The translations under genes were made by a program, and so were the position numbers. A DNA stretch of 64,000 nt from the NCBI GenBank assembly GCA_013239625.1, contig MU056000.1, positions 11,979,175 through 12,043,174 of the forward strand, written 5' to 3'. The notes beneath the pieces were generated by a model. It did no database searches, was not told where the DNA came from, and saw nothing but the letters and a program-made list of their open reading frames with translations. Source of the DNA: Lama guanicoe (lineage: Eukaryota). Positions 13,635-26,310 of this stretch are shown here, one piece after another; position 1 is the stretch's first letter, and every line of letters starts with the position of its first letter.

Positions 13635-13760
13635 GACAGGTTGGAAAACTTTTCTGCAAATGGACCCATAATAAGTATTACCAACTTTGTAGGGCACATG
13701 GTCTCTGTCACAGCTAATCAACCCCACTGCTGCCGCCCAGACAACACTACACGAATGAAT
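13635..13760. mobile_element. MER58-like hAT-Charlie fragment
   Basis: caggttggaaaacttttctgcaaatgg...ggtctctgtcacagcta. Confidence 0.55.
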
Positions 13761-14360
13761 GCGGGCGAACCTCTCTGTATCTTGTGCAGACACACACACA
13801 CAGACCACAGGCGGTAAACATGTGCTGCCTGCAACTGATTAAAGAAAAGTATCTGGAAGAAACAGTGGAGCCCCATATTAACAGTGATTATCTCTATGGT
13901 CCTTGTTTTCTTTTGTGTGCTTTAAGTATTTTCAAAAATTTCCCCCTAAATGTGTTCCTTTTGTAATCAGATAAAATCTACCAAAAAAAAAAAAGTGTGG
14001 AATTCTACCTTTAGAAATCTACAAATGAAAACAAAGTTGGGATTCTGTGTTTTGGTGTCTTGATTATCCTTTTGAATGGAAATTATCTGCTACAAAAATA
14101 CTTAAGGAAAAAGGTCATCAGTAAATAAATTCTAAATCGGTGGTTGACAAGAAAATAAGCTGTCATGCTTCCTAGAACTGGAGAGTCTGTGTGAGGAATG
14201 GAGAAGGCTGTTCTTTTTTTTATTGCACTGGCTGAGTTTCTGGAAAAGATTGTATCTTGAATTAGCAGCTTGACTGTTTGCTATCCGGATAAACACTGTG
14301 TTGCTATGACTGAATTCGTCCCGCCATGTGGGTCACCCTGTCATATAATTAGCCTCTTAC

Positions 14361-14633
14361 CGTATCAGGTGCAAATCAAACCAGCAGCAGTCGCTGTTAA
14401 TTCAATAATTTAACAAACCAGAGACACTCTTTTCATGGTGGATCCACATCTGATTTGATAGCATCGCCGTCCCACCGAAGATGCCGGGAGCACTGTTTGG
14501 TGGCGTTACTCAACAGCAAGCGGAAACTTCGAGTACATCGAACATCTTAAGGAATTCCCAGCTATCTCAGCTACTCTTTTTTTATGTCGTTGATTGCATC
14601 ACTGTGCATCTTGTCAGTCCACAAGCCGTGGAA
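14361..14633 (-). other. Candidate non-coding exon (273 nt)
   Basis: Acceptor tctcaccctctacccag|T and donor ACG|gtaaga. Stops in all three frames; more CpG than the flanks by eye. Confidence 0.3.
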
Positions 14634-15069
14634 CTGGGTAGAGGGTGAGATTTAACCACCGAGTATCCTTAAGTTCATGGAGACCATCCTCAAGCTCTCC
14701 CGTTCACATTATCCTGCACATGGTCGGGCTCATTGTCTCTGATCATCAGATACTGTTCTCCTTGCATGGAGCTCCTCTTCCCCTCTGCTCACTCCTCCTT
14801 TTCCTCCTTTCCAGGTGTTGATCCAAACAAACATGTTGCAGCTCGTCTCCATCTCACGTCCACTTTCAGGAAACCCACCCTGGCTGCCACCCTCTCCTCT
14901 GTTGCCAAATGTTATTCACTTCTCAATGCGATTGTAACTCCTGGCCTAAGCAATAAATCACTAATGGGCCGCCTCTGGTGTCCTGTCCTCTCACTGCTGG
15001 CACACGGCCTGGGCTCCCAGGGGCAGTTCTGCCGAGTGACCACAGCAGAGAGCCTGCATGGGTTCTGAT

Positions 15070-15215
15070 ACTGGCTCGACCCGCCAGCTGTGTGAGCTCG
15101 GGCAAGTTACTTAATCTCTCTGTGCCTGTTTCCTCGTCTGTGAAATGGGGATCATAACAGTACTTCATAACAGGTGCTGTGAAGACTTAACGCATAAGCA
15201 AATGTTGTAAAGTGG
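15070..15215 (+). mobile_element. MIR SINE
   Basis: Core gctgtgtgagctcgggcaagttacttaatctctctgtgcctgtttcctcgtctgtgaaatgggga. Confidence 0.85.
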
Positions 15216-15529
15216 ATCAGATCAAGTGTATAAGATGAAATGAGAATGTTGTCATGTGCAAAACCCTGAGAACAGGGCAAGCATTTTGACTGTCCTACTT
15301 CTGTGTTTGTTTTAAAAAAAAAAATACAAGAGACAGACAGAGATTCAATCTTACCTTTTCCACGGTGCTCTCTCCAATCACAGTGATCTCTCCTTTCTCT
15401 GTCAGCAGAATACCAGTGTAAGGAATACATGAAACTAAATTTTTTAGATTTCCTACTCTTTCATTTTTGAATGAAAATGAAACTGCTGGCCAGTTCACCT
15501 CTTGAAGAAAGATAAAAATAACTGCACCA

Positions 15530-15700
15530 AGGAGTGCTTACTAGGTACCCAGTGCTCTATATTAGTTATTTCATATAATCCTTGAAACTTCTTGGGGAAG
15601 GTGTTGTTGAACCCCTTTCGCAGATGAAGAGACTGAGGTTGAGAGGCAAAGCATCTTGCCCAAGGCCATGGGGCTGGCAAACGGCTGAGCCAGGGCTACG
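15530..15700 (-). mobile_element. MIR SINE
   Basis: cagatgaagagactgaggttgagag...cttgcccaaggcca (reverse-complement MIR core). Confidence 0.65.
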
Positions 15701-18700
15701 TTTTTCTTCTGTTGACTCACCCACTGCTCAGAGCATAGTTCTAGACTTGTCATACGTGCTTGTTAATTTCATAGTTTGTTAAATGGCTGATTCATTTAAA
15801 AACAGTTCGTGGACAGCAACTGCAGGCCAGACATCAACAGAAGGGCGAAGATTAGATATGCTCTCTGTTATCACCAAGGTCACGTCTGGAGGAGAACACA
15901 GACGACTCAACAAGCAGTTACCGGGCAGTGTGAGAGGCGCGGTGATGACAGGGAAAGTACCAGAGATACGAGAGACCCACCATGAGCACGGGAGGCATGC
16001 GTGGGGTCTGCGGCCAGCAGACAGGGCTTCCCCGGGAAGAAATGTTTCAGTGATGTTAAAGGCCTGGCCGGGGTTGGGAGCAGGGAGAACTGCGGGTGGA
16101 AGCAAGACGACCCCTGGTGCTGTGGCTGGGGACTGGGAAGGGGGCGTGGTGAGAGAGAGCTGCAGGGGGGATACGCGGCCCCCCAAGCATTAAGCAGGAT
16201 TTCTTTTAACAAATTATGCGGCAGACAGCTCTGAACCAGGCTTCCCTTTACAGTGTGTGCAGCGAGCAAACCGACTGGGAAGGTTTCCGCGTGCTCCTCC
16301 TCCAATTGCAGGGTTCCTTACACCAGAGGAAGCGGCATCCTGAGCACAGCATCAGGAGGCCGTCGGCCCTTCCGGGGCCCTGCTGCCCTGTGAAGGATGC
16401 TGGGATGGAGGGAATGGACCATGTCCTCCTCGGCCTTGGAAACCTTCTTTTAAAAGCAGACACAGGAAGGCAGACCCTGAGACCAGGCAGTGCGTCCTGA
16501 TACCCAGTGGAGACCTGGTGACGCTGAATGTCAGTAGTGTGTCTGTCACTCAGGTCTGTGGGTATCAGGCTGCTGATGCGGTTTTCCAGAACATCAGGGG
16601 ATACATCTCAGTGGACTCATTAGTGTTCCAAAGGTTTCCCTTTTTGTTTTATTTCCCCTTTTCGTTTCCTTGTGCTGGGCCTCCATGCAGACAACAAAAG
16701 GGAAAGATGTAGGCAATTACCTAGATGCCGTTTTTAACATTTTTGCAAAGTGCACCTGGCTCATCTACATATTTCTGAAGAAACGTTTACAAATCCCCTG
16801 AACAAGAAGACAGAGGCATGAACTCTCTGCATGAAGGTACAAGGCAGAAAATTCTCCTCCAGGGGAAAGTCCTTCAAAAGGTCTGGGCAGCGAAACAGAA
16901 TGACACATCTTCTCCACACCCACTGGCTGGTTCACAGCAATGAACGCTTTCCCAACAACAGTAACAACCTCCAAGCATCAGGGTGTGTTCCGAGTAGCTG
17001 AGAACTTGATTACGTGTGAGAGCCGTGTTGTCTACACATGTTCTAAGACACGTGATACAAGGTACCCACTGGCCTGACGCCCTGGGAAGCGATGCTCCCT
17101 GAGGTCGTCCGGTGACCTGCACACCTGCCCCGCCCGCCTGAACGCGCGGACGCACAGAGTGGGTGGAGAGGAGCTATGGCCCTGCGGACTTCAGCCAGCC
17201 TTATCAGGGCCGAGGCAACCATGTGATAATGTGTGAATGAATCAGAAGGGGAACCCGGGGTGTTTCCGCGCTCACAGTAACGCTCGCACTGCATTTCCAG
17301 CCAGTTCTCACCCTCCTCTGCTGGGTGTTTACTGGCCGCTTTTCACATGAGCCTCAGAACCACCATCTTACTAATTTGCTAAGAGCAGATGCCCCGTCTG
17401 AATTATACTCAGGGACTGCTGTGATGCTAAAATACCCCTTCCAAACCCTCAAACGGCAATGTTTTCTGCTACCAACTTTCTCCTTCTGGCAACGATGGGT
17501 TCAGGTCACTCATTCACTCATCGAGCATTTTTACTGAGCACTTACGAAGTGGCAGGCACTGCGCTAGGCCCTGGGGGTGCAGGGGTGGATAAGGGAGATG
17601 CGGTCTCTGCTTCACAGAACTTCCAGGGTGGTAGAAAAGCTGGACGTGAAACCAGTGAAGACACACAAACTTGCAAGAGAGCCACTTTTTAAGAGCTACA
17701 AGAAGCTGGGTCCTGACGAGGGAGAATTTAAACCAGATCGTCTATATCGCGTCTCCTTTCTTTCCCCTTCTCGCTCTCAGATGTCCACACATGTGTTTTC
17801 AGTCAGCATCAGTCCTGCTCCTCCTGACCTCAGCGGTGCCAAGTGCAGGGAGTACCCCCACAGGACCGGAGCTGTAGGTTTGGGATGCACGCAGCTGCAG
17901 CTTTGGGGTTGACAGAGGAGCTGTCTGCTCCGTGTAGGTGCTGATCTAAAATTGCACAGGAGCACACGAGAGCTTTATGAGTCCTTCTATGTCCTCTGTA
18001 TGCCCACCCCCACGCCCACCCACTGCATGTCTCTTGCTCTCAAAATGGACCATCCCAACGCTGGGACTGATCACAGCTCTCTGACCAGCTTTCACCAACG
18101 AAGAAGCCTGCCTCTTCCCCTGGGGGAGGCGGGGGGCTTGAAATCCTTGAGCCCTCTTGTTCACTCCCAGAGAGGAGCTCTCACAAAATGCCCGGAAGCC
18201 AGACAGTGCTGACCAAACCCAAACTCACTCCTTCACGTCTTCAAATACGAGGAATCCGATTACTCCCAGGGGCAACGAGAACCATAAGGATTGTAAGTCA
18301 ACCTAAGAGGATCACTGCACAAAGCACAAATCGCCAACCTGGTCCCCCCCGGGAGCCCGGACATGCCAGCATTTCATCACACTTTAACTCCTCTCCCCAG
18401 GCGCCACCAAGACACACAGAGGACAAACCCATCTCCCATTTCACTTCCTCAGCACTCTGACGTTTATTCCCTCAGCCCACCCAACAGGAAATACCAACAG
18501 CACAGAGGCATCAGGGCAGGCTGGGTGGAAAACCACAGCCCATCTGGGGGTACAACCAAAGGCACAGGGCCGATGGCACCGAAGCAGAAGGATGCCGAGA
18601 TCGTAGGGGGTTTAAAAAGTAAAATTAGAGTTGGAATGTTTTATCACTAACAGGCTTCCATCTTGGACTCCTGTTCTGGCGGAGCATTTTGGCAGACCGG

Positions 18701-21700
18701 GGTAAGGTTTTGCAAGTACGGATTTGCTGGAGGGTCCCCCAAGACGAGCCCTCAGCGCGGGGAGGAGAGCAATTTCACGGAAAAAAAGAAAGCGCTCCTA
18801 TGCTGAGCTCTGAGTGCCAAGATGCCAAAAGGTCCATTCTCAGCCTGTCCTTCCAGACTCTTGCCTACTCTTCCTCTGACCAGTCCCCGCCCACCCCACT
18901 GGCCTGTCCTGTCCCTCAGGATGAGAGCACCCACCCTCACGGAGGTGGACCTGCCAGCCTGGGACAGCCGTACAGACCAGAAAATCACTCTGGTTTCCGG
19001 AGCCCACGCCGAGGGGCCAGGCACTTGGCGGGCTTCCATGCGTTTTAATCCCCACTGCCACCCCCTGAATTAAACAGCCTTTCACTCGCCCCACATATCA
19101 AAAGTGAAGAAATGAGGCTTTGAGGTTTTTCAACTTGCCCAGGACCAGGTACCATTAAGAGAGCTGGGCTGAGACCCCCAGGGCAGTGAGCCTCGGAGCC
19201 CATTCTGTGAATGCCTCCCTTATTCTGCCTGGATGTCCAGGCCTCAGCCAGGCTGCCAGCGGCCAGCATCCGCAGTGGCAAATCAGAGGGCATGGCAGTG
19301 GGTCCTACACAGCGTGTGGCTGGGACCACAGACCAAAGGCTTTGGCTCTCTGAAGGGAAAAGGACGGTGTGAGATGTGGAGATGGATGCAGGCAGCATGG
19401 TGACTTCACGTCCACAGGGCCCTTCATCCGCTAAGGACAGAGTGACATCTCTTCCCCAGGGCTGCAGGCAGGGGCTGCTACTTTGGGAGGAAACGCAAGC
19501 TGATAAGCGCTGGAATTCTCAATCCTCAAGTATACCCACACAATACAGAAGACTTCTGCTCTCAAGCCTATTCAAGGATCTTCACGGGAAGAACTCAGGA
19601 TCATCTCATTTTACCAATGTCTGTGGGGTCAAACACAGAGTGGGAGCAAGGCCAAGTCTGAGCAAGATTTCTGGAGCTGCAGCGCAGCCCTGACCTCAGA
19701 GAGGATTCGGAAACCCAATCCCCCACCCCAGCCGTCCTTAACTACGGCCGGGAGCAGAAGCCCCCACTCCACGCTGAAGGCTAAGCTGCCAACCCCAGGG
19801 GAAAATGAAGGAGGTGACCGCTTGGGGCAGCGGGAGTATGAGTGCGCCTCCTGGGTCCCGGGGAATCTGTTCTGAGCAGGGAGGTGGCTTCAGATCAGGG
19901 GCTCCTCTACTCCTCACAGAAAACGCTAACAGCAGCAGCCGTGACAGCTCCGACGAGCCGGCCAACACCTCCCTGTTGGATCTGAGCCAAGCCAGCCCAG
20001 GGCTCATCATACCCATTTTAAAGATAAGCACAGTGAGGCAGAGAGAGGTCTGAACTCAAGTCTGTCATAACCAAGACGACCTGCCTCTAGGCATAACCTC
20101 TGACCTCCTAAGATGCCCTGCACCCTGCCCGTGAGGTCACCCAGCCCACTTTGGAACTGCAAGTGTTCCTCTTCAAAGGAAAACTGAGGATTATAAGAAC
20201 CTGTTACAGACTTACTTTGTTTTGTAAGTTTTTTACATGTGACTGAAACAATCTCCTCAGATGTAAAGTTCGGAATATCCCTTTAAGGAGCCTCACAAAA
20301 TCTCTGCTCTAGAGGCCACTTCCCTGGGGACAGCCCAGCACTTCCCCTCCACACGACCAGGGACATCCGTGGGGGACACCAAAGCCTGGGGGAGGCCCTG
20401 ACCTCACGGTCTATTAGGAGGCACCTGGAAGAAATAAACAAGCTATTTTGTCCTCGAACTCACGTGCTCTGTCCTAAAGCCAGTGGGGAGAGTCCTTAGA
20501 ATTCAGCGACTAATCAGGTGATGGGCTGTAAAACACTCCCCTGAATGTCATCAGAGTCCAGGCATTTGCACCGGGAATCCAGAAATAAGCTGTCACCAAA
20601 GGGATGTGTGCCTGCTGGAAATAATCTCCAGAACATATTTCGTAATCTAGGGCCAGGACTCAGCAAGCCAGACAGGGAAGGTCAAGACCAGCCCCTCCTC
20701 CGGCACACCTAGCTTCATCTCCTGCCTGCTGGGGCCCCACAACAACTGCCCCTGGTGACTGCCTGTCCCCAAGCCCCCAGGTCCCTTCCCAACAACCCTC
20801 AGGAGGGCCACCTGTCCCGGTACCATGTCCTGCCGAGTCCATTCACTGTCACCGCAGGCAGACCTCACCCACCGCTTCCTTGACCTGCCTTGAACATGTT
20901 TTGAGTCACCGTCACAATTTAAGAAGTACTGTATTCACCAGACATCTAAATGTCAAGTCATTCCTGGTACCAGATTCTCCACTTATCAAATGTGTCTGAA
21001 TTGAATGACATGTTTTAAAATAACCTTTCCAAGTAACGTTTGCTCTGAGAAGAAAACGTGAGTGACACTTTTACATGAACAGATAAGAATTCTGTCTGAG
21101 GAAAGTGACCATTCAAATCATTTTTTTTTTAACTTACGAGTATCTTCTTTGTATTCCTGACTGCTGTTTGGTCAGGACAAAGGATGTAGCTGCTCATAAT
21201 ACAGACATTCAGTGAGCAGATTTATGAAAATCGGTCCTACGGGAACCCTTTTTGATGGGGAACTAGGGGTCCAAATTGAACAGCCTGGATCTCCCAACTA
21301 AAAATGACAAGCAAGGTAAGTTTTATTTCCTAGGACACCAGTCTCTAGCCTACTGACACATTTAAAGCACTTGTAAATTTCTTAAGAACAAGTCAATTGC
21401 CTCATTACGCTTGTTTATTAAGCAGAGTCATTTGTGAAGTCAATACCTCATAAAACTTGAGAGGACAAAGTGTACGGATGGGATGGGTTGGAGGGGACTG
21501 ATGAGGCTTGACTCGGGAACTCCGAATTAACATTTCTGTCACGCAGAAGCTCCCATCTCTGCAGACACAGGCCAGGGCTAAAGAATGAATTTGCTTCTAC
21601 CACGAATTCAGTTATTACCAAAAGGATCTGAAACGCTGAGAAGCTGAAACCCTTTGATTCTGATCCTGTTAGAAAACTCACAAACCGGTGAATGATTCAC

Positions 21701-23334
21701 TCTGGCTGTAGGAAAATCAAATCTGGGAGAGGTTTAGGCTGGTTAATGAATAATCTGGAACTAACTGATGATTATATAACAGGGGGATGGAAGGAAAGGG
21801 ATACCGGGGTGCCTGTGCCCCACACACATGGGTGCTGGGCACTCACATTCATCAGCTCACACAGGCTCCATGGAACCAATGAGAAATGACCTTCCTGAGC
21901 CAGAAAGAGGACACTTTTCATGGTTGGATAACACGTCCTATGTGTCTTTTGGGGGGACTCAAGGAGCAGAGCAGTTGTGTAACAGGGATGATTCAGAACA
22001 ACTGAAGGGATCAAAGGCATCAGTTCCACCAAGTGACAAGTAAACAGTGCGTATATTCTCCGTGGCGTCACTGTGCTTGAGAGATTCCAGGACGAACACC
22101 ACCTTCCTCCCAGCCCTGTCCCCAAGCTCACACGTTTGAAGAGACACGGGCTGATCGTGACTTTCTTTCATATTTCATCAGCTGAAACAATCTGCCTCGA
22201 TTTCACACTTGATTTTGCCCTTAGAAACGCAAATGTAAAGCTCGAGCACGCAGGTTTCACAACCAAAGCTAATCTACATGCCTATGGTTTCTTGTTTCAA
22301 GAAAAACTCAGTGAGGCAGTGATTATTTTACTTAAACATAGGGTACGTGTGTGTGCAGGGGCCATTGAGGGCTGAGGGCTGAGGGCAGAAAGGTATAGAG
22401 TTTCTAAAATAACAGCTTTATTGAGATAACATTTTCAGAAAATAAACTGCATGTGCTTAAAGCACACAATCTGGTGAGTTCCGACTGGTGATTACCCCCG
22501 TGAAGCCACCAGCAGAAGCAAGATGCAGAACAGGTCCGACGCCCACCTACAAAACACCTGCCCACCCTGCTCACTGCAGACCAGTAGTGGTACTGGGGGA
22601 AAAGGCACCCCACCCGACTCCTACCCGGAGGCTTTTCAGTTGGGGGTGGGGAGAGGAGGTGCACTAAAGTACGTGTGTCTTTTATTTTGCTCAACGATAT
22701 ACAACAGAAGCAGGTGAAAGGGCTTTAGAAAAGACAGAAGACAGGCCTGGGGGTGGGGGGTTCTCAGCATTACAACCTGTTCTCCAACCTCCCAGCCCTC
22801 TTCGGTGGTTGCTTTTACGACATGCAAACAGGAAAGCCAAGAGCCACGCCCCGGCAAACCGGCTCAGAACTCAGGTCTACACTGTCGGTCTCTGTGCTGT
22901 GCCTCCATAAAGCGTCTTTTTCCTTTTTTAAATGTATAACACATTACTCTCAAAAGTCAAAGGACCCTTTAATCATTTTGACCAAAAGAAATACATGCCA
23001 CACAGCACAAGTGAAGGGACATCTCAGCCACATGGAAGGGTGTCAGAGCTAGATCTGGAATTAGCCTTAAAAAGTTTTATAAAATTCCTGCTGGCATCTA
23101 AACAGAACAGCTCCTACTCCCATTTCTGTCCTCGTTCATGTACTGGTATCGACTGCCGTACCCGCTTTGTTTTCCTTTAAACAGCTTTATTGCCCAGGAC
23201 ACACAGTACACTGTGCATATTTAATGTGCACCATTTGATAACTTTTGACACATGTTTACACCCACGAAACCATCACTAAAATCAACATAATAAACAATTC
23301 CATTGCCTTTCCAAAGTTTCATGGTGCCCTTTTT

Positions 23335-23580
23335 TTAACTGAAGTATAATTGATTTACAATGTTTCAGATGTACAGCAGAGTGATTCAGCCCAATGCCCA
23401 CCAATATATATTTCAGAATATATATATTTTTCAGACTTTTTTTTCCCATTATAGGTTATTATAAGATATTGGATATAGTTCCCTGTGTTATATGGTAGGA
23501 CCTTGTTGTTTATATATTTGACATATAGTAGTGTGTCTCTGTTAATCCCAAATTCCAAATTTATCCCTTCTCCTCCCACA
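23335..23580 (-). mobile_element. Younger L1 3'-end fragment nested in L1M
   Basis: Same 3' UTR family as 8030 and 63500-63847. TSD tgcccttttt at 23325-23334 and 23581-23590. Confidence 0.85.
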
Positions 23581-23744
23581 TGCCCTTTTTAACACCTCCC
23601 TCTTGCCCTTCCCTGCCCTGCTCCCCCCTAATCCGTTCCAAGGCAAGGACTGATCTGCAGATTTCTGTAACTTCAGATTACTTTGCATTTTAAAATCTTC
23701 ATAAAAATGAAATCATGTACCTTTTTTTTTTGGCTGGCTTCTTT

Positions 23745-23774
23745 TTTTAGTCTATACGCTGCCGAAGTGAGCGC
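23745..23774 (-). pseudogene. RNU6: 3'-truncated (tailless) U6 snRNA retropseudogene, U6 nt 1-30
   Basis: Minus strand GCGCTCACTTCGGCAGCGTATAGACTAAAA versus U6 5' end GTGCTCGCTTCGGCAGCACATATACTAAAA (25/30 identical). Flanked by direct repeats tggctggcttctttt (23731-23745) and agtctggcttctttt (23775-23789). Confidence 0.85.
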
Positions 23775-24850
23775 AGTCTGGCTTCTTTTATTTAGTATAA
23801 TTATTTTGAGATTCATCCACGTTGTTCCATTAATTCATTCCTTTCCACTATAGAGCAGCATTCACTGTACGGAGAGACACCATTTACTCATCTCTTCATC
23901 TGTCAATGGACAGTTTTTGGCTATTACAAAGAACGCCGCCATGAACAATCACGTCCAAGACTTGGTGTGGATACATTTCACTTTTCTTGGGTAAATGCCT
24001 CGGAGTGGAATAGCTGAATCACATGGTCGGCATTTGTTTATCTTTTGAAGAACCTGCCCGGCTGTTTCAGCAAACAGTTGTACAGTCTGACATTCGTTGC
24101 CACCTGCAGAATATGAGAATGGCAGCTGCTCCACATCCTCATAGCACTGGGTATGGTCGGGCTTTTTAAGTTTTGGCCATTCAGAGAGGGGTGGTGGCAT
24201 GTCATTGTGCTTTTAATTTGCAGTTCTAATGAGTAATGATGGTGAGCATCTTTTCATGTATTTATCTTTGTTGAAGTATCTGTTCAGATCACTTGGGCTT
24301 TTTTTATTGGGTTGTTTGTTTACATATTCAGCTTTAGTTCTTCATGTACTCTGGGTACAAATCTTTGGTCAGATATATGATTTGCAAAACTTTCTCCCAA
24401 CCTGTGCCTTAACTTTTCATTCCCTCAGCAGTGCCTGCTAAGGAGCCAAGGTTTTCATCCTGATGGAGTCCACCTTGTCATGTTTCCTTTCATGGGTCAT
24501 GCCTGCTGTACTGGATCCAAAAAAATCCTTCTTTACCCTGGGGGTTGTGAAAATTTTTGCCTATATTTTCTTCTGGAGGTTTTACAGATTTAGGTTTATA
24601 TTTAGGCCTATGTTTTAATACCTTTTTAAATTAATTTTTGTGTGTGGTAGAAGGTATGGATCAAAGTCTAGGTTTTTGCAATATGGATATTCAACTCTTC
24701 CAGCATCATCTGAACTGCTTGTCAAAAACTGGTTATCACACGTATGTGAGTCTATTGCTGGACTCTCTACTTTGGTCTACTGACTTCTTTACCACATTGC
24801 CTTGATCATCGTAGCTTTAAAAAAATACATATCCATCCATCCATCCATCC

Positions 24851-24948
24851 ATTTATTTATTTATTTATTTAATGGGGGTGCTGGGGATTGAACTCAGGAC
24901 CTTGTGCATGCTAAGCATGTGCTCTGTCACTGAGCTATACCCTTCCCC
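24851..24948 (-). mobile_element. tRNA-Ala-derived SINE (camelid Vic-1 type)
   Basis: Reverse complement reads ggggaagggtatagctcagtgacagagcacatgcttagcatgcacaaggtcctgagttcaatccccagcaccccca, followed by a (TAAA)n tail. A- and B-box-like motifs present. Confidence 0.88.
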
Positions 24949-25499
24949 TAGCACAGCTTTTAAAGAAGCCTGTTTACTTTGTTTACTCAGTAAGGAAACT
25001 GAGGCCCAAGAGTCGAACTGGTTCAATGACCAAGGTGTCTGCCTTCCATTGGCGCCATATTATCTCCTAAGATTTAATGACTTTACATGCAACGAGAAAT
25101 TCTATGCCAAGAAAAAATTAGTTGATATGATAGATCAACATATTTTTACTAAAATGCAGTCTCACTTTCGTGATGAAAACAAGCTTTAAATTTATGGAAA
25201 ATGAGTTTTTAGCAAGCACGAAGTAATATGTTCCCGTCACAAAAAGCATAGCTCTCCAATATTTAGAGAGGCCCGCCCACCACACTGCCCGATGGGCAGG
25301 GCTCCCTTCCCTCCAGCTCAGGTCCCCCACCAGCCCTGACCATCTCTAATTCTTGCACACCGATGACACCAACATTCTGTTTGCTTCTTCATTGTTGGCA
25401 TGTGATGGAAACATTTTAAATTCTTAACTATACCTTTATTTGCCTATGTACCGTTTAAGAAACTATGTTCTGGGAAAGGAAATACAAGCTGTTTGGTAT

Positions 25500-25740
25500 A
25501 GGGCGCAGCAAGGTGTGGAGTTAGAGCCAGTGGCTTTGCAGGGGAGGCGGGCTTGGGTGGATATCTTTGGCCCTCCATCACTTTGGTCAAGTTAGTTAAC
25601 CAAGCTGTGGTGTCCTTGTCTTTTAAACCAGGCTAACACTTCCTTCCTTGTGAACTGCCATGACGCTAAATCAGGTAATGGTGAAAGCATTTAGCCCAGT
25701 GCCTGCAAATATTAGGCACTAACAGATGACAGTTCTTAGC
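25500..25740 (+). mobile_element. MIR SINE (diverged)
   Basis: actttggtcaagttagttaacc...gtgaaagcatttagcccagtgcctgca. Confidence 0.6.
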
Positions 25741-26310
25741 AGTTACCATCATCATCACCCAGGAGCTGCCTGCCTCCTCAACTGCCCCGCACTGTACTCC
25801 AAGACCCCCATCAGCTCCCTCTGATTCCTGGGGTGCCTTCCTGCTGCTGCTTCTGTTCGTGGCCATTTTCCAGCTCCTGGTTCCTTACATTTCTTCCAGC
25901 TTCCATGTGATACTCTGAGTCCAAATAGTAATCCCTCCTTCACGAATGCTGGATGGGAGGGTTTCTGTTTGTTGTCACTGCAGAAGCTTCCAGGGAAAGA
26001 CCAGTAACTGGGCTCCTCCACACTCATGGTTCTCCCTGTCCAGGATGCTGCTCCTGGTCATTTCCAGCACTGTCACTCCAGGGGACCAGGGGAGCATGCT
26101 GGACCAGAGGCATTCCTGGGCATTGTCCAGGCAGTGAGCTAAAAACCCCCATCCCTCAACGAGAGAATCTAAACCAGCCTAGTCTTCACAGGTCATAAAA
26201 AGCAAAGCTATTCAAGTCAATGATTAAAATCCCAAGAGGAAAAAAAAATAAAGAAATTTCCTTTGGTACCTCTGTGTTTCCACTGCAGGAGCCTGGAAAT
26301 TCATATTCTT

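Larger units (their letters stand above)
23180..24820 (-). mobile_element. Ancient L1M (L1MB/ME-like) fragment interrupted by a younger L1 3' end and the U6 retrocopy
   Basis: Degenerate ORF2 C-terminus homology (ORF 23949-24200, ...PCDSAIPLRGIYP...) and typical L1M 3' UTR. Confidence 0.8.

Noticed and set aside
15779..16500. Cluster of overlapping 70-136 aa ORFs
   Set aside because: Open on both strands because of high GC; no known motif or coherent splice structure.
24871..24948. tRNA-Ala gene-like sequence (also at 33787 and 54642)
   Set aside because: A-rich tails, TSDs in two of the three copies and stem mismatches identify them as SINEs, not functional tRNAs.
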